The notes below the pieces were generated by a model. That model worked only from the letters and a program-made list of their open reading frames with translations, was not told the origin of the DNA and did not search any database. From Macrostomum lignano (lineage: Eukaryota): 64,000 nucleotides of DNA. Numbering within the stretch: the stretch's first letter is position 1; every line of letters begins with the position of its first letter. This document shows positions 10,601 to 23,728 of this stretch, one piece after another. Where the stretch lies: contig NIVC01001310.1 in assembly GCA_002269645.1 (NCBI GenBank), positions 124,001-188,000 on the forward strand, written 5' to 3'. Both the position numbers and the translations under genes were made by a program.

Positions 10601-11475
10601 ACACTTTCCTATCTCCGACACTTTCCTATCTCCGACACTTTCCTATCTCCGACACTTTCCTATCTCCGACACTTCATGTCTCCAACAGTTTCATATCTCC
10701 GACACTTCATGTCTCCAACAGTTTCATATCTCCGACACTTCATATCTCCGACACTTCATATCTCCGACACTTCATATCTCCGACAATTCATGTCTCCAAC
10801 CAACTTAACCCTAACGGAGAAATGATGTCTCGAAGATATGGTGTCAGAACTGTGAGATTCTGCTGAACTGAAGTGTCAGAGATATGAAATTTCGGATATA
10901 TAGGCCCCCACTAACACTAATTTAACCAATCAAAGCCACGCCCGTAGTTCTCGTCTCAAATAGGGATGATGCAATTTGCGTCACAAGGAGGCCCTAGCAT
11001 AGGCTGGTGAGGAGAGAGTGAGAAGTAACGGCTAGCGTTGTATTAAAGCTACCAGTCTCAATTCTCAGTCCTTATAATCTGATTTCGGGTGGAAACTATA
11101 ACATGTTGCTGAGAGTGCAATCGATGCATTGCTCGAACGGATAATAAATGTGCAAAAGCAGTCATGTGATGAAATTTGTACTTGGGGTAAATTTACATTG
11201 TTGCTATTATTGTGTTTAGGCTAAAGTCCAACTGTGTTATAACCTTACTTGTAAGTAGCTGTCACAACATAGATAGTTGGTAAGATATTCCCATTGGAGG
11301 CGGCCCTAGAATCCAACTGACAAATCCAAATACCGAATGTTAGTCCAAGCACAAATGCACTAATCAATGGCAGCAGGACTGCTAGTCGACAATATTGATG
11401 AGTTTGCCAAAAATACTGCCATACAATGCGTTTAAATGATTTTCTGTCTCCAATGCACCGACTGTTAGGTGGCAT
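7625..11475 (-). CDS. B3GAT3: Galactosylgalactosylxylosylprotein 3-beta-glucuronosyltransferase (GT43, GlcAT), about 317 aa, 4 exons
   Basis: Exons 11475-11249, 10245-9822, 8521-8393 and 7798-7625, all GT-AG and in frame. N-terminal TM, LPTIYVVTATY, QRAELTRL, IHWLVVED, YIADDDNTYD (DDD motif), PLDMAGFA, LVWHTRT. The paralog assignment within B3GAT is tentative. Confidence 0.93.
7858..8328. repeat. 17-bp minisatellite (AGATATCCCAAAYCAGY) with a 51-bp higher-order period, B3GAT intron 3
   Basis: 17-bp spacing; the antisense translation repeats every 17 aa. Confidence 0.95.
8593..9723. repeat. Compound array in B3GAT intron 2: 25-bp unit (8593-9270) then 20-bp unit (9261-9723)
   Basis: GTGGTAGCCTAATGGCTGTGAGAGT then TAGCCTAATGACTATTCTGG. 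Confidence 0.97.
10395..10800. repeat. 16-17-bp minisatellite (ATATCTCCGACACTTC), B3GAT intron 1
   Basis: Direct reading. Confidence 0.93.
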
Positions 11476-12412
11476 GATTGCCACATTGAGGTGTAGCAGA
11501 TAAGCATATATGCAGCAGATCAAGGCTGAAAATATGGGTTTAACAAGACCCTTTCTTAACAAATCAGTGCTATGATTAGTCAATTTATAACTACTTATTT
11601 AATGATTTAAAATAATTAAATTAAGAAACTGATTTCTATATAATTCTAGATTATTTCTGGTTTTATTAGATTCTATGAATGATATACTAATAAGTACTTA
11701 AGCCAAGACAACATGCAAAAAATCTAATCAAATTAGGCCTAATCATTTTGAATTGTCTTGATTTAAAAAAATAATCTCATTTAAGTTACAAAAAGTAAGA
11801 TTTTTGGAATAAAAATTTTTACAGAATAAATAATCATTTAGGATCCTAAATTGGAATACCCAAATATTGATTTTTACATGATAGTCTTTTTATTTATATG
11901 ATTACAAGGCAACTTTTAAATATAAAAGACTCTAATAAGTTTTTTTAAAGTATTTTTAGCATTTTTATTCCATTTGATAAATCTTACTGGCCTCAAAAAA
12001 GACACATAACTTAAGAAAACTAGTTAAAGTAAAAATAGTAGATGTTACAAAACTTTTTTATCTTTAATGGTAGAAACGGCAGTTTTTTAGAGTTTATAGA
12101 GTTTTTGAAAAGCTTATATTTCTGCAATATTACTCATTGTTGAATTTTAGTGGACTTTTGAAAATTGTTACTTAGCTTAATGATGCTGCTAAAATGATGC
12201 TCTAATTGCTAAGCAAATCATTGAGATGCTTAATGCTCAAGGATCAAGTACTGGAGCATGCTTGTAGTTTGTAGTTGTATGTCATATACACAATTGGCAA
12301 AGCAGTTCTAGCTATTGTTATTATATATGTTATGCATTAAGACCAAGTAGACCTAACATGCAAAAAAATGCATCTAATTGTATCTCAATGCCTCTAAGAA
12401 TGAATCTGGGAG

Positions 12413-12413
<1 letters not shown>

Positions 12414-12463
<50 letters not shown>
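12414..12463. repeat. (TA)25 microsatellite
   Basis: Direct reading. Confidence 0.99.
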
Positions 12464-12464
<1 letters not shown>

Positions 12465-13258
12465 CCACAAAGAAGTCTTTGAGGCTGGCAGTGATAGCCT
12501 AGATAGCTGTATAGGCAGCAATAGCCTTACTTATAAGTGACAATTTAAGACTGCACTATCAAATATTGTCACACATCTGTTTCTTATGAAGCCTTGCATA
12601 GTGAATAAAAGCACTTGTGTAACATTTAAATTATATATTGCTACTTTTGGTCTAGCATTTTGAAAGATGCACTTAAAATGCAGACATTCTTAGAACCATT
12701 GGCCACCCAATGGAGGCACTTTCTTCAAACTAAACTAGAGAAGCACACAATATGTTCAAATCATTTTTGACAAGAGATATTATATACATACATAACATGT
12801 ATATATATAATATGTTTCCTACAATGCTTCACTATAAATAAAACAGGTTATGCACTGTCTGCACCCAAGGTATAAAACTTTTGAAACAATAGTTTTTAAA
12901 AGATATCTGCTGACTCACCTATCTATCGAATTGTCTATATCTATAAAGCAGGTGATAAACACAATGCTGTGTTGCTGGAATTTTTATCAGCAAACCAATA
13001 AAATGATAGCTAAACTATAGCTTAACAATAACCACTAAAATTCTAAAAAATAGCAAGTAGGTCTTTCTTGACAATCTTATTAAAGTGGACAAGTGTCTGC
13101 TAAAAGCAAAGAACTTTAAGCAAGTCAAAACAAAATGCATAAAGATGAATCTGGTTGCTAGCTGACTACATTCAATAATCAGTAATACAATTCAGAGAAA
13201 TAAGGATCCACTGTGCCAGTTTGGAAAACTTTTAACAGAATATTCAAACCATTATAGT

Positions 13259-13934
13259 GCATTCTTTTGTCTTACGATGCCTGCTATGCATTTAAATGGG
13301 ATGGCCCCTGTTCGTTTTACGATGCCCATAGAAAGCATATGGTGTAGGCGTGATGGTGTAGTTTCTGTATAATTTTCATTTTATGGCTATACACATATTT
13401 TGTATTTTGTATACTTGACAGATTGTTGTTCATTAATGAAAGTCAAGCTATATATTCCATTTCATTTTACGATGCCACAAGTGTTAGAATTATACATTGG
13501 GCATCGTAAGACGAAAGTGAGGGGGGGTTACTTTGGGTCCTTAAATTGGCTTACCGCTTCTTCAGCCATGGCTACGAAGCGCTCACCAGGATCATTCTTA
13601 TAATCGCCCACCAGGCCTATAATATCCGATTTGTTTTGCAATGCCCCAGACGTTGTAATTATTCATAAGGCATTATAAAACGAAATGGATTATAATGGCT
13701 CGATAGCTTTAGTTGCTAATGAGGGTGGACATAATGTTAAAGCGCATGAGTCGTGACATTTGCGTGGAAATAAAGTCAGAAGTACAAATCAACTGTGTGA
13801 CTCAATTTAAGACCTCTGAAACACTGCACTCTTCCGTCATAAAGTATAAATTTTTAAAGCCTTCTTGCTTATTTAACATGGGCATTGTAAGACGAAACAG
13901 ATACAATTTTGGGCATTGTAAGATGAAAGAATGC
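13259..13934. mobile_element. MITE-like element with 23-bp TIRs and internal copies of the TIR core
   Basis: GCATTCTTTTGTCTTACGATGCC (13259-13281) vs GGCATTGTAAGATGAAAGAATGC (13912-13934). Further TTTTACGATGCC and GGCATYGTAAGACG copies occur at about 13315, 13465, 13500 and 13881. Confidence 0.7.
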
Positions 13935-16900
13935 CAAGATCTTTTTGAGCTCACTATGCTCTCTAAAGGTCAACTCAGAATGATCCTTGATAGCATGCAC
14001 AATATGCAAGTATTGTATTTTGATGCTAGTAATAGTATATGTAAAGTGTATGTAACTGGCAAACCATTTTTGTATTTAACCATATCATAGCAACAATCTT
14101 TTACTATGACACTATTTAGCACATATGGTGCAGTACGAAAGATTTTGTTGGCTTTTACTAAGAGAGTTGCTTAATACAAGACAGTTGAGACTCTAAATTT
14201 ATAGATATTATTTGGTTTTCCAGAAAGTCTAGAAATATTTCTCACAGTATAACAAATTGTAATTGCATACAAATTGTATACAATTTCTTCTGATGCCATT
14301 TAAATAAAATAAACTAATTATTAACCATTAGTAAATGGTTGAAATTAGAATATCATTAAGCAAAAAGAAATTTCTAGAAAGATTGTTACATACATTTGGA
14401 TTTATGATTTCTAGAATGTTCAATCATTATAGTAAATGGAATTTTCCAGAATAAATGAAGGTCATTACATATATACTCAAAAAAGTATACTAAATTGCTC
14501 ATTAATAAATGGCTTCTTTTGGGTCCTTTTAAGCATTCTTTAGCCAAGAACTAGACATAGACATACCTTGAAATGGAAAATTTATAATATTTAACTATGA
14601 TTGCCAATAACTACTTCAGAAACATCAATTATAATGTGGACTATTTAATTTTACCTTTACAGTTTTTATGCCAAAATTATTTTTGTCCATTGGTATAAAT
14701 GTCTAAGGCCTAATATAGACAAAATCTCTTTAGATAATACTTACAAGTTAGCATATGTCTAAGATATATTAAGGAATTAAAGAAAAATACTTTATGCTAT
14801 TTTTTACCTATAGATAAAAAGTTTCATTCACTTCTTTAAATTGTAGTCAGATATACTTTAGCATATTATAAATTGTTTTTTAATTGCATAAAATAAAGCT
14901 ACCTTGCTAAAAAGAAAAGACAATAAAATGCAAAGAAATTGTTAAATATAGGCTTTATAAAATTTTAAAATTAAAAAAATTAAAAAATAAAGAATTAAAA
15001 AAATAGCTTATTATATTGGCTCTGTATTTATAATGACATTCTATCTCAGGCCTACAATTTATTATTTTTATTCAATTTTTAATTCAATTTAATTCAAAAA
15101 TTCAATTTTTATGTCATCATTGTAATTAGCATTTCCCATAATAAAGAATTTATAGTTGTTATTAACCCAATCAAATAAAAACTAGATATACATAGGCCTA
15201 TAAACCCTGCATCTGGCCCTCAAGTGGAAAAAGGTTGCTGACACCTGCAATATATAGATATAGGTTGAAGTTGAAAAAGCTAGAAAAAATTCACTGAAGT
15301 ACAGTTAGGGGGGCCTATTGGTTTAATTTACAAGATCTAAGAATTTGGGTGAGTAATTTTCAAATTAAGATTTAGCTCTTGAGTTTGAGTTTTAAAGCAA
15401 GAAATCAAGACTTCAAGATAATTAATTTGTCAAAATTGTTAAAACAGAAACAGGATTAGGCCCAATGTGATGATAAGTTCCGAGAAAGCGCTGGCGCAGG
15501 CTAGTGCAGCATAATGTCAATGATAGGCACCTATCGTCTTTGTCTATCGCATGCCATGACATCACCGTGCGTGGTCAAGTTAAGTACGAGCATAAGTAAG
15601 TTAGCTAGACCATGGCATGACCCATTGACCCATGACCAGTTTTTCAGTTAGTAGTAGTAGTAGTAGAAGTAGTAAGTTGGCTCAGGCAAGAAGCCTGTTT
15701 GGCCAAAATATATCTGTGTATTTTAAGATTATTTCAGGAACAGAAAGCAATATTTTAGCATTACTTATTTACTACTACGATTACAAAGTACGAGTTTTGC
15801 AATATGTGGGTCGTTCTCAAATTCTGGGAGGAGCAAAAATTTTAACAATTTTCGGAACATTTACTATTGTTACTGCCGTATTGAAAATAATAGGACACTT
15901 TCATCTGTGAATAAAGATAATTTTTAGGTTGAAATTTATGTTGCAAAAGTGTTTTAAGTTGTCTTGCGGTATTAGGCGATATTAGGTGATGAAAAAATTC
16001 AAATTCAATCACTTCACCGATGTCCTAATTTTTGACACTATGATGTCTGTAGCTAAAAAAAGTTGTTGTTGTGTTGAAAACTTGCTATATTACATTTAAA
16101 ATGAAAGCTTATATAAATTTAATTTAAGATTTTTTTTAAAGCTTAATAAACTGCACTATAAATGATTTTATAGACGCTTAACTGTACGCCTAGCATTTCC
16201 GGTGGGATAGCCTCTTCTCATTTCACAAAATGTATTTTTCAGCTGACGTCTAGAATGTGCGCTTAAAATGATACATTTTGATGCAGATAATTAGAAAAAC
16301 ATGTCTTATTATCTTTTTGTAAAAATTGTTATGAAATAGAGTACTATTGTTGATAAAAATAATTAAAAGCAACCATGCATTGCAATAAACTCCTACTTTG
16401 AAGCACAAAATAAATATCCTGTAACCACACTAGCATTCTCCATGGAGCACCTTTTGAGCTGAAATTTTACACAGATATCGAGTAAAGTAAACTGAGCAAA
16501 TGATTTTTTTTGTTTTTGAAAATACTTCAATTTGGCTATGTATCAGTTAGTTCATTGGACATATTTATTATATTTTTATTAGAATCCTTGTAACCAAGCT
16601 ACAGAGAAACATGTGCAAAACTGGACCTTGAAATTTGACCTGAATGATCAGCAAATGTGTATCTCGAAATGATTTTTTTTTGTTTTCATCAAGTCATTCT
16701 ATGCTAATTTTTTCTGAAGGGAAAGATACCATATATTTAAAGTCAATAGGGGAAGCATTTAGACTTATTCAATAGTCATTAAAATTGCAACTATATTATT
16801 ATAATATAGTAATAATATTATACATGTATTATATAGTAATCTTAACTTCTAAGATGCCCTTATAAATTTAAGTAAAGACAACAGGCCTTAATTAATTAAT

Positions 16901-19900
16901 CAGCATTTTGAAGAAACTGACCTTATACAGATGGGCCCCAAGCTAAGAAATGAATGTAGAGCTTATTTCGTGTAAGGTATAAAAATCAATTTATTATAAT
17001 ATTAAATACTCCTAATAAATTGGTTAAATTAGTTATTTACCTTGAATTAATTTAATTTAATAATTAAATATATAAATTTGTTTCACTTCTTACTGCATTT
17101 AAATAGAGTACCTCTCTACTATACTATAGAAGTATAGTAAAAGTATATGGTAAAAAAGTATAGTAAAAAATTTTCTTTGGTTTAATCCCAGCTTGCCTCA
17201 GTTTTTTAGTCTTAATACGAGCTAGATAGTAAGTGTTGATTAATTTGCTCCATCACCTTTTGCCACGGAAACAGCACATGTCGGACATGCAACACTCTTC
17301 CTGATCCCTGGATTCAAGATGACTGCTTCTGCTTCTTCAATGCTTGAAAACTGAGCTCATGGAGCTTTAGGTTATGCTGTCAGAGTGCTGCTGCCGGTGC
17401 TGTGTGTGTATGTGTGTGTCTTCTGCGGGTAGGTTCCCTGTCCCTCAGTTTAGCCACTGTTGTGGGCTAACTGGAGGAATTGCCGTTGTCGGTGCTGCAG
17501 GTGGCACTGCATGGTAGTATTGACGCTGTCAGTGACGCTGACAAAGGCTTGGACGAAGCTAGGTGCCGTCATTGTCAGGAGGACAAGCGTGTGCTGCTTA
17601 GACTAGTGCGCACATTCGACTGGACTCGTATCTGGTGCAGTCTGGTGTATTCACTGAGATTGTGTGGATCTGCCTCCTCGCATCACCTCAACCAGGCTCA
17701 ATTTCTTTTGTAGAATTTTCGTGCGCTGCTTAACTGCATCTTGTGCCTGCTGAGTGATGCCAAGAATTGTGCCACACAATAATTTGGCCCATAAACTACT
17801 CGTATATTATACATATGTATGCACAGCACACACACACGCAGTTCATTCACATTAAACGTACTAGTTAATGGAATTCTCATCTCATGAGCTCTAGTCTATG
17901 GACAAACCTGAAATTACTAGAATATCTAGACAGATCTAAACTTCTTTGAGCAGCGCGCTGCGCTGCGAGCAAATACATGTAGATTCCTTAGCGCAACTAA
18001 TTAATAGTGTAGTACAGTCTACAGCCTGAAGTAGCCTGTGTAAGATGCGGAGGGATGATTTTTGCATAGGAAGCCACTACGGTAAGGTTGATGGAACTAT
18101 GGGGAGGTGAGAGATTCAAAGCGAGGGACGGAAGCCATGCATAGTTCGATCATAAGTTTGATTATTGCATGAGTCTGGGGATGCATTAACGAGAGGCGGA
18201 CGAGAGCATAGAAATAAAGCGGGCTAAATATATTAATACACAAAATTACATGTACTAGCTTGTAATTTCAGAATGTTCAGCGACTCCTCCGATTTGTATC
18301 CGGGACCGCGTGCCCACAAATCCCCCGGCAGACCCTGTCGCAGTTGGTGGTTGTGCACAGAATACAATGTTAATTTTCGAGCTTCTCTGCAAAAAATGTG
18401 TGATGCACTCAAGATGCGTGCTATAGTCTACTTCTTTGATTGATGGCTGGGTTTTGCCTTTTCGCTTGTGATCATCAAAAGCTTGGGCGTCATTGCTACT
18501 GGTGTTTCAGTGTGCGCATTATGTCTGGTTATCATATTATGTGCATGTGCAGTGTCTTTTACCTACATTTTTGTTTGTCTCTGTTTCCTGCATGCTCTTT
18601 CGCATTTTTACACCTCGCACACCCTCATTTTTCTCAATTAACAAGTGAAATCTTTTCTTAAAGACTAATTGCTATTTTAGTTAAGCTAGTAGGTTTTTGG
18701 TAATTAAATAATTCAATTTTGTCTATTTTCCAAAAAGTTTCAAAAAATGAATTAATTAAAATAAATTTGAATTATTTTAAGTTAATTGGAGTAAAATGTC
18801 TAACAAGTAACTATAATTTTTTATTTTAAGTACATGTAGCTTTGGTATAAGTATTAATGTAATGAGTACTTAAAGTAAAATCAAGCAAGTTATAGTTTTC
18901 AGAAATTATGCTACAAATAATCAAATATATACTAGTATCCGAATTCCTTTATTAAGGAACATGCAGTCGATATTAAATCCACAATGTGCTTTTTGGTGTT
19001 CAAGGATAGTTCCCTGACTTTTTCTATTATTAGTTAGATTTTATTATATTTAATGTAAAAATGAACAATTCTATTCGAGGTAAAAATGAACATTCTTTAT
19101 TTGTCGAATCATCTTGCCTTTGAAAAGAAACATAGTGAAAACTTGATTTTTAATTCAACCTTTCAAGACTTATTTAGACTTCTCAATTCAGTGATTAGTT
19201 AAACTGATCGAAGTTCTTTCGAGTGCATGCTATAATAATTTCGCACTTTTTCGCACACGATAATTTTAAATGTCTGGGATTTAGAGCAGAGTAACAAAAT
19301 GCTGTGCTCAAAAACATTTCCTTTGTCAATTTCTTGTTCTTTTATTTTTGCAAAAGAAATTTAACTGCATATTTAAAATAAAAATGGAAGAAAATTTTAT
19401 TTTCTCTTTAATATTTTTGTCGTTTATTTTCCGCAACAAAGAATAACAAATAGCCTTGATTTCTTCTTAATTTCAAGTTTTCTTGTGGTTTTAGTAGCAG
19501 CTTCTTACAGAAATTGTCAAAAGAATTTTTTTTGTACGATTATTGGTCGATGTATAAACTTTTTTTGCAATAACAAAAAGTTGTGACCTAGCTTTGAGAA
19601 CGACCCATGTAAAGTATTTTTATGTATCAATTAAATCTCCGCACTTTTTATGATGTGTCCGGCATTCTTAAATATTATTGTGTTGTTGTTTAGTTAGTAG
19701 TTATTCAGTAGTGAGTTTCTATTTCCGCGATTCTTACTGTACGTACTTTACTACTATTGTTTTACTGTATGCTAATTCCTATCGTATTTCAAACGCGAAT
19801 GCGCCGTGTTTTGGTGTTAGTTCTCCTGCGCGCCGTAGTAGTTGTAGTCGTAGGGTTGCATAGCCGTTCCAGAGTTCCAGTCGATCCAGTTTTGATTCAA

Positions 19901-20266
19901 TAATAGATATAGACATTATTTAGAATATATATTAATTACTTTGACTACATAGATTGTTCAGATACGAATACAAATATATAAATAAAATGAATTAAGGCGC
20001 ATTGCATCCACAAGCCAAGAACGCATTCGGCATTCGTTCATTCATCTGTCATCACAACAAAAATAAGGCGATTCTTTGAATTCTTGGACTTCAAGAAACT
20101 TATTTTACAAATATGGTATTTGAAATAACGCGTAGATTTTGTTGACGAAACTTTGGACGACTAACGAGGTGAAAGAAAAAGCAGGGAGTTAAAAAGTATT
20201 GCGTGAAATTTATGTGTGTAGTTGGCGATATTGCGCAAAACAGTTTAGCCCATAGGTTATAAAAAT

Positions 20267-21522
20267 CAGTGTTGGGCAAGTTACTCAAAAAAAGTAACTT
20301 GCGTTACTGAATCTTAAGTTACCACTTTTTAAAAAGTAACTTACGTTAGCCTAGTAACTTTGAACAAAAACCCGGTAACTTTTAAGTTACTTCCGTTACT
20401 TACTTCCGTTACCTATGTTATTAACAAAATTTTCTGCTTTTTTAACATTGCAAATGTGATGGAACAGCACAAATGATCGCGAAAGCCAGGAGGAAGAATA
20501 CAACAACATCAATTTCAGTAACTGTATTAAATTTTAATTACTTTAGGCCCTTTCCGTAAAAAGAAGAGAAGCTGAAGGTCAGAAACGTTAAAGGCAAAAC
20601 GCAATTTAATTTTTAATAACATTATAAGTTATAATACACAAGGACAACTTAACGTAACTTCAGTTGTCCTTGATAATACATCGCTCGTAATAAGTACCTG
20701 GCTTTACTCCACTCTACGGTCTGCTTTACTAGTCTTTTTATTTATTTTCAATTATTATCATTAATATTAAATTATTGTGCAGTGCAGTGCAGTGCCAGTG
20801 GACTTTAGTGGTGTAGCCAGGGAGGCCGCCTTAACAATCGTTGGGGCGGCAACTTCACCCCACCTGCAAGACACCCCACCTGGGATGGGGTTGGGCGTGG
20901 CGGGTACCAAAAACCATGAGGCGATTGAGTGCCTGCGGCGCTTAAATGAGTGCCTGCGGCGCTTAAATGAGTGCTTGCGGCGCTAAAATGAGTGCCTGCG
21001 GCGCTAAAAGTGGCAATGGCATGAGGCATGGCCAGCCAGGCCAACCCGCCCCCCCCCCAATTAAAATTCCTGGCTACGTCGATCACTGAGTGGATTTGTG
21101 GAGACTACAGATGAATTTCTTTCTTTGGTTGTTTGTTTCTAAGAACTAAACAAAATATTTTTATTAACTTAAAAACGAAAAGCAAAAATATTTTACCGAA
21201 AATAACAAAGTAAAAACATGTTTCAAGTATTTCTTTATTAATTACAGCGTAATACCGTATGATATTATTCACTTAGTTTTGAATTTAGGAATGAAAAATG
21301 CTAAAAATGTGACAACTGGCGTATAGCTAAGCATATCAGTTTTAAATTTAAATATTGCGATTGTTGCAAAGTAACTGTAACGGACTTCCGAAATTTGAGT
21401 AACTTACTGTTACTCCGTTACCAAAATAGGAAAGTAACTTGCGTAAGGAACGCTTTACGAAAAAGTAACTTGCGTTACCATTTACAAGTTACTCGGTAAC
21501 GGAAGTGCCCAATGCAACACTA
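20267..21522. mobile_element. Degenerate hAT-like non-autonomous element with GTAAC/GTTAC subterminal repeats
   Basis: Left end CAGTGTTGGGCAAGTTAC, right end ...GTGCCCAATGCAACACTA. Dense GTAAC/GTTAC motifs at 20275-20415 and 21370-21500. Confidence 0.55.
20796..21088. mobile_element. Small MITE nested in the previous element
   Basis: CAGTG...GTAGCCAGG / CCTGGCTAC...CACTG inverted ends; four internal TGAGTGCCTGCGGCGCTTAAA-type repeats. Confidence 0.55.
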
Positions 21523-21997
21523 ATAGAAATAAGTTATATAGATATTAATCAGGTGATAACAAACTTGTATAAAATATAATATTTGAAAGAGCGAATAGGA
21601 TTTTTTGCGGTTTTTACGAAAAAATATCGAGTAAAAGGATTGCTCATAATATTTGGCGATAATTGTATGCGTGTAAATATACGATATTCTGAAGTTAGTA
21701 GTAGTAAGAATTTAGTAAGAATTTGGCTCAGGCAATTAGCCTGTTTGGCCAATATATTATAGAGCTATGTATTTGGAAAAATTTTCGAAATAGAAGTTTA
21801 TAAAGACGATTTGACGACGATTTGACGAACTCGTTATTGTAAAAGATAAAGTATTTGAAAGCGCGCCAGAATTTTTACGGTATTTTTGGACGAAAAGTGA
21901 CGACTAACAACTACAACGCGTATAAATATTAATACAAAAATGAGTACGAATTACGAGGTATAGCTTTAATTGCGAGATTACTTTGATTACGATAAGG

Positions 21998-22257
21998 AGC
22001 CTCTTTACGGCAATCGATTCCCGAACCAGAATCGGTTCGGATTTCTAAGAAAAAAAGCAGTATAACTATTTAACTTTGTTGAATGTTTGACTGCCTTAAC
22101 AGCCTCACTTTGCACAAGTTTTCACTTTCTTCTTGGCTATTGCCATTCAATGATCACAATCTTAAAGCACTAATATCCCTCTAGTTTAGGAGACAAAAAA
22201 TATACTTTACAAAATTGTTTCTGGTTCTAGAACCAGAACAAGCAATATGAAGAGCCT
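21998..22257 (+). mobile_element. 260-bp MITE, degenerate copy 1
   Basis: Shares GAACCAGAATCGGTTCG, AGCAGTATAACTATTTAAC, TTTGACTGCCTTAACA and GGAGACAAAAA blocks with the copies at 42074 and 45116. Confidence 0.75.
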
Positions 22258-22327
22258 GAAGGTGCGAATGAAGTTCGAACGAAAAATCCAAAAGAAAAGA
22301 AAAAAAAGTATAAAAAAGTAATTTTTA

Positions 22328-23036
22328 GTAGGTTCTGATGTCCGTTGGTTTTACTTGCAGTAGCATTTAACTACTTTTCTGGCAGTCCTTTTTGTGTAAA
22401 CATGACTGCTGCACAAGCTGTAAAATATGACGATTGCACATTGTGCCAAAAATGACAGAAGACAGTCTTCTATTTACACTATATTATAGTTCCTCCTTTT
22501 TATCGGCTATTTCAAATGTAGGTTCTGATGTCCGTTGGTTTTACTTGCAGTAGCATTTAACTACTTTTCTGGCAGTGCTCGCTGTGTAAAAATGACTGCT
22601 GCACAAGCTGTAAAATATGACGATTGCACATTGTGCCAAAAATGACAGAAGACAGTCTTCTATTTACACTATATTATAGTTCTTCCTTTTTATCGGCTAT
22701 TTCAAATGTAGGTTCTGATGTCCGTTGGTTTTACTTGCAGTAGCATTTAACTACTTTTCTGGCGTGCTCGCTGTGTAAAAATGACTGCTGCACAAGCTGT
22801 AAAATATGACGATTGCACATTGTGCCAAAAATGACAGAAGACAGTCTTCTATTTACACTATATTATAGTTCCTCCTTTTTATCGGCTATTTCAAATGTAG
22901 GTTCTGATGTCCGTTGGTTTTACTTGCAGTAGCATTTAACTACTTTTCTGGCAGTGCTTGCTGTGTAAAAATGACTGCTGCACAAGCTGTAAAATATGAC
23001 GATTGCACATTGTGCCAAAAATGACAGAAGACAGTG
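22328..23036. repeat. 190-bp tandem repeat, 3.7 copies
   Basis: Units start GTAGGTTCTGATG at 22328, 22518, 22708 and 22897; they are near-identical. Confidence 0.97.
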
Positions 23037-23728
23037 TATTACGTATTATAGCCTTAATTATGTACTTTTAATAAGTTTTATAATTTTATAATTTAAAACG
23101 ATTTAGTATATAATTGTCATATTAAATGTGCTATGCTTGCAATCTCGTATATGAATAAACCATCTATGTTTGCAACATACAACTATTTGCATGTTCAACA
23201 AAATTCAAACTTAAAATGCTGCAACTCACTTTCTACTTTCTCTTCCACACAATCTACTTAACTGATTTTTACAATTTCTTTAGTAGTAGCTATACTACTT
23301 CTCATATAGACTAATTTAATGTGAATATAAGATCCCTGTTGTTTTATTACAGGGTAAAGTTTATTGTATAAATTGCTAAGTATTTACAGTCGTTAATTTT
23401 AGTCTAACAGTATTTATCAGCACTGCACAAATGTCGTGCAGTTGTGCGCCAATACAGGCTTAAAGGATCGTACACTACGGAATACTGTACAGTATATTGT
23501 CAGAGAGGCTGGAAGTTTTACAAAAATCGAGCAATTTGGAAGTGTCATGAATTTGTCATTTTTGCAAAGTCTGTGTCATGGCCAAAACTTTGCGCGTTTC
23601 CATTGGGATACACAGCGGTCATTTTTTGTTAAATGTGCCATGTCATTTTTTACAATTCTCGTCATAAACGTGCCCCTTCTCGGCACGTTGATTTTAATTC
23701 CTGTTAACTCCTGTCCAACGGCTTATCC

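Noticed and set aside
17220-18660. GC-richer islands with short ORFs
   Set aside because: No motif, consistent splice frame or homology recognisable.
23436-23728. N-terminal 100 aa of the 349-aa ORF
   Set aside because: AT-rich chance extension; Gypsy homology starts only at about 23729.
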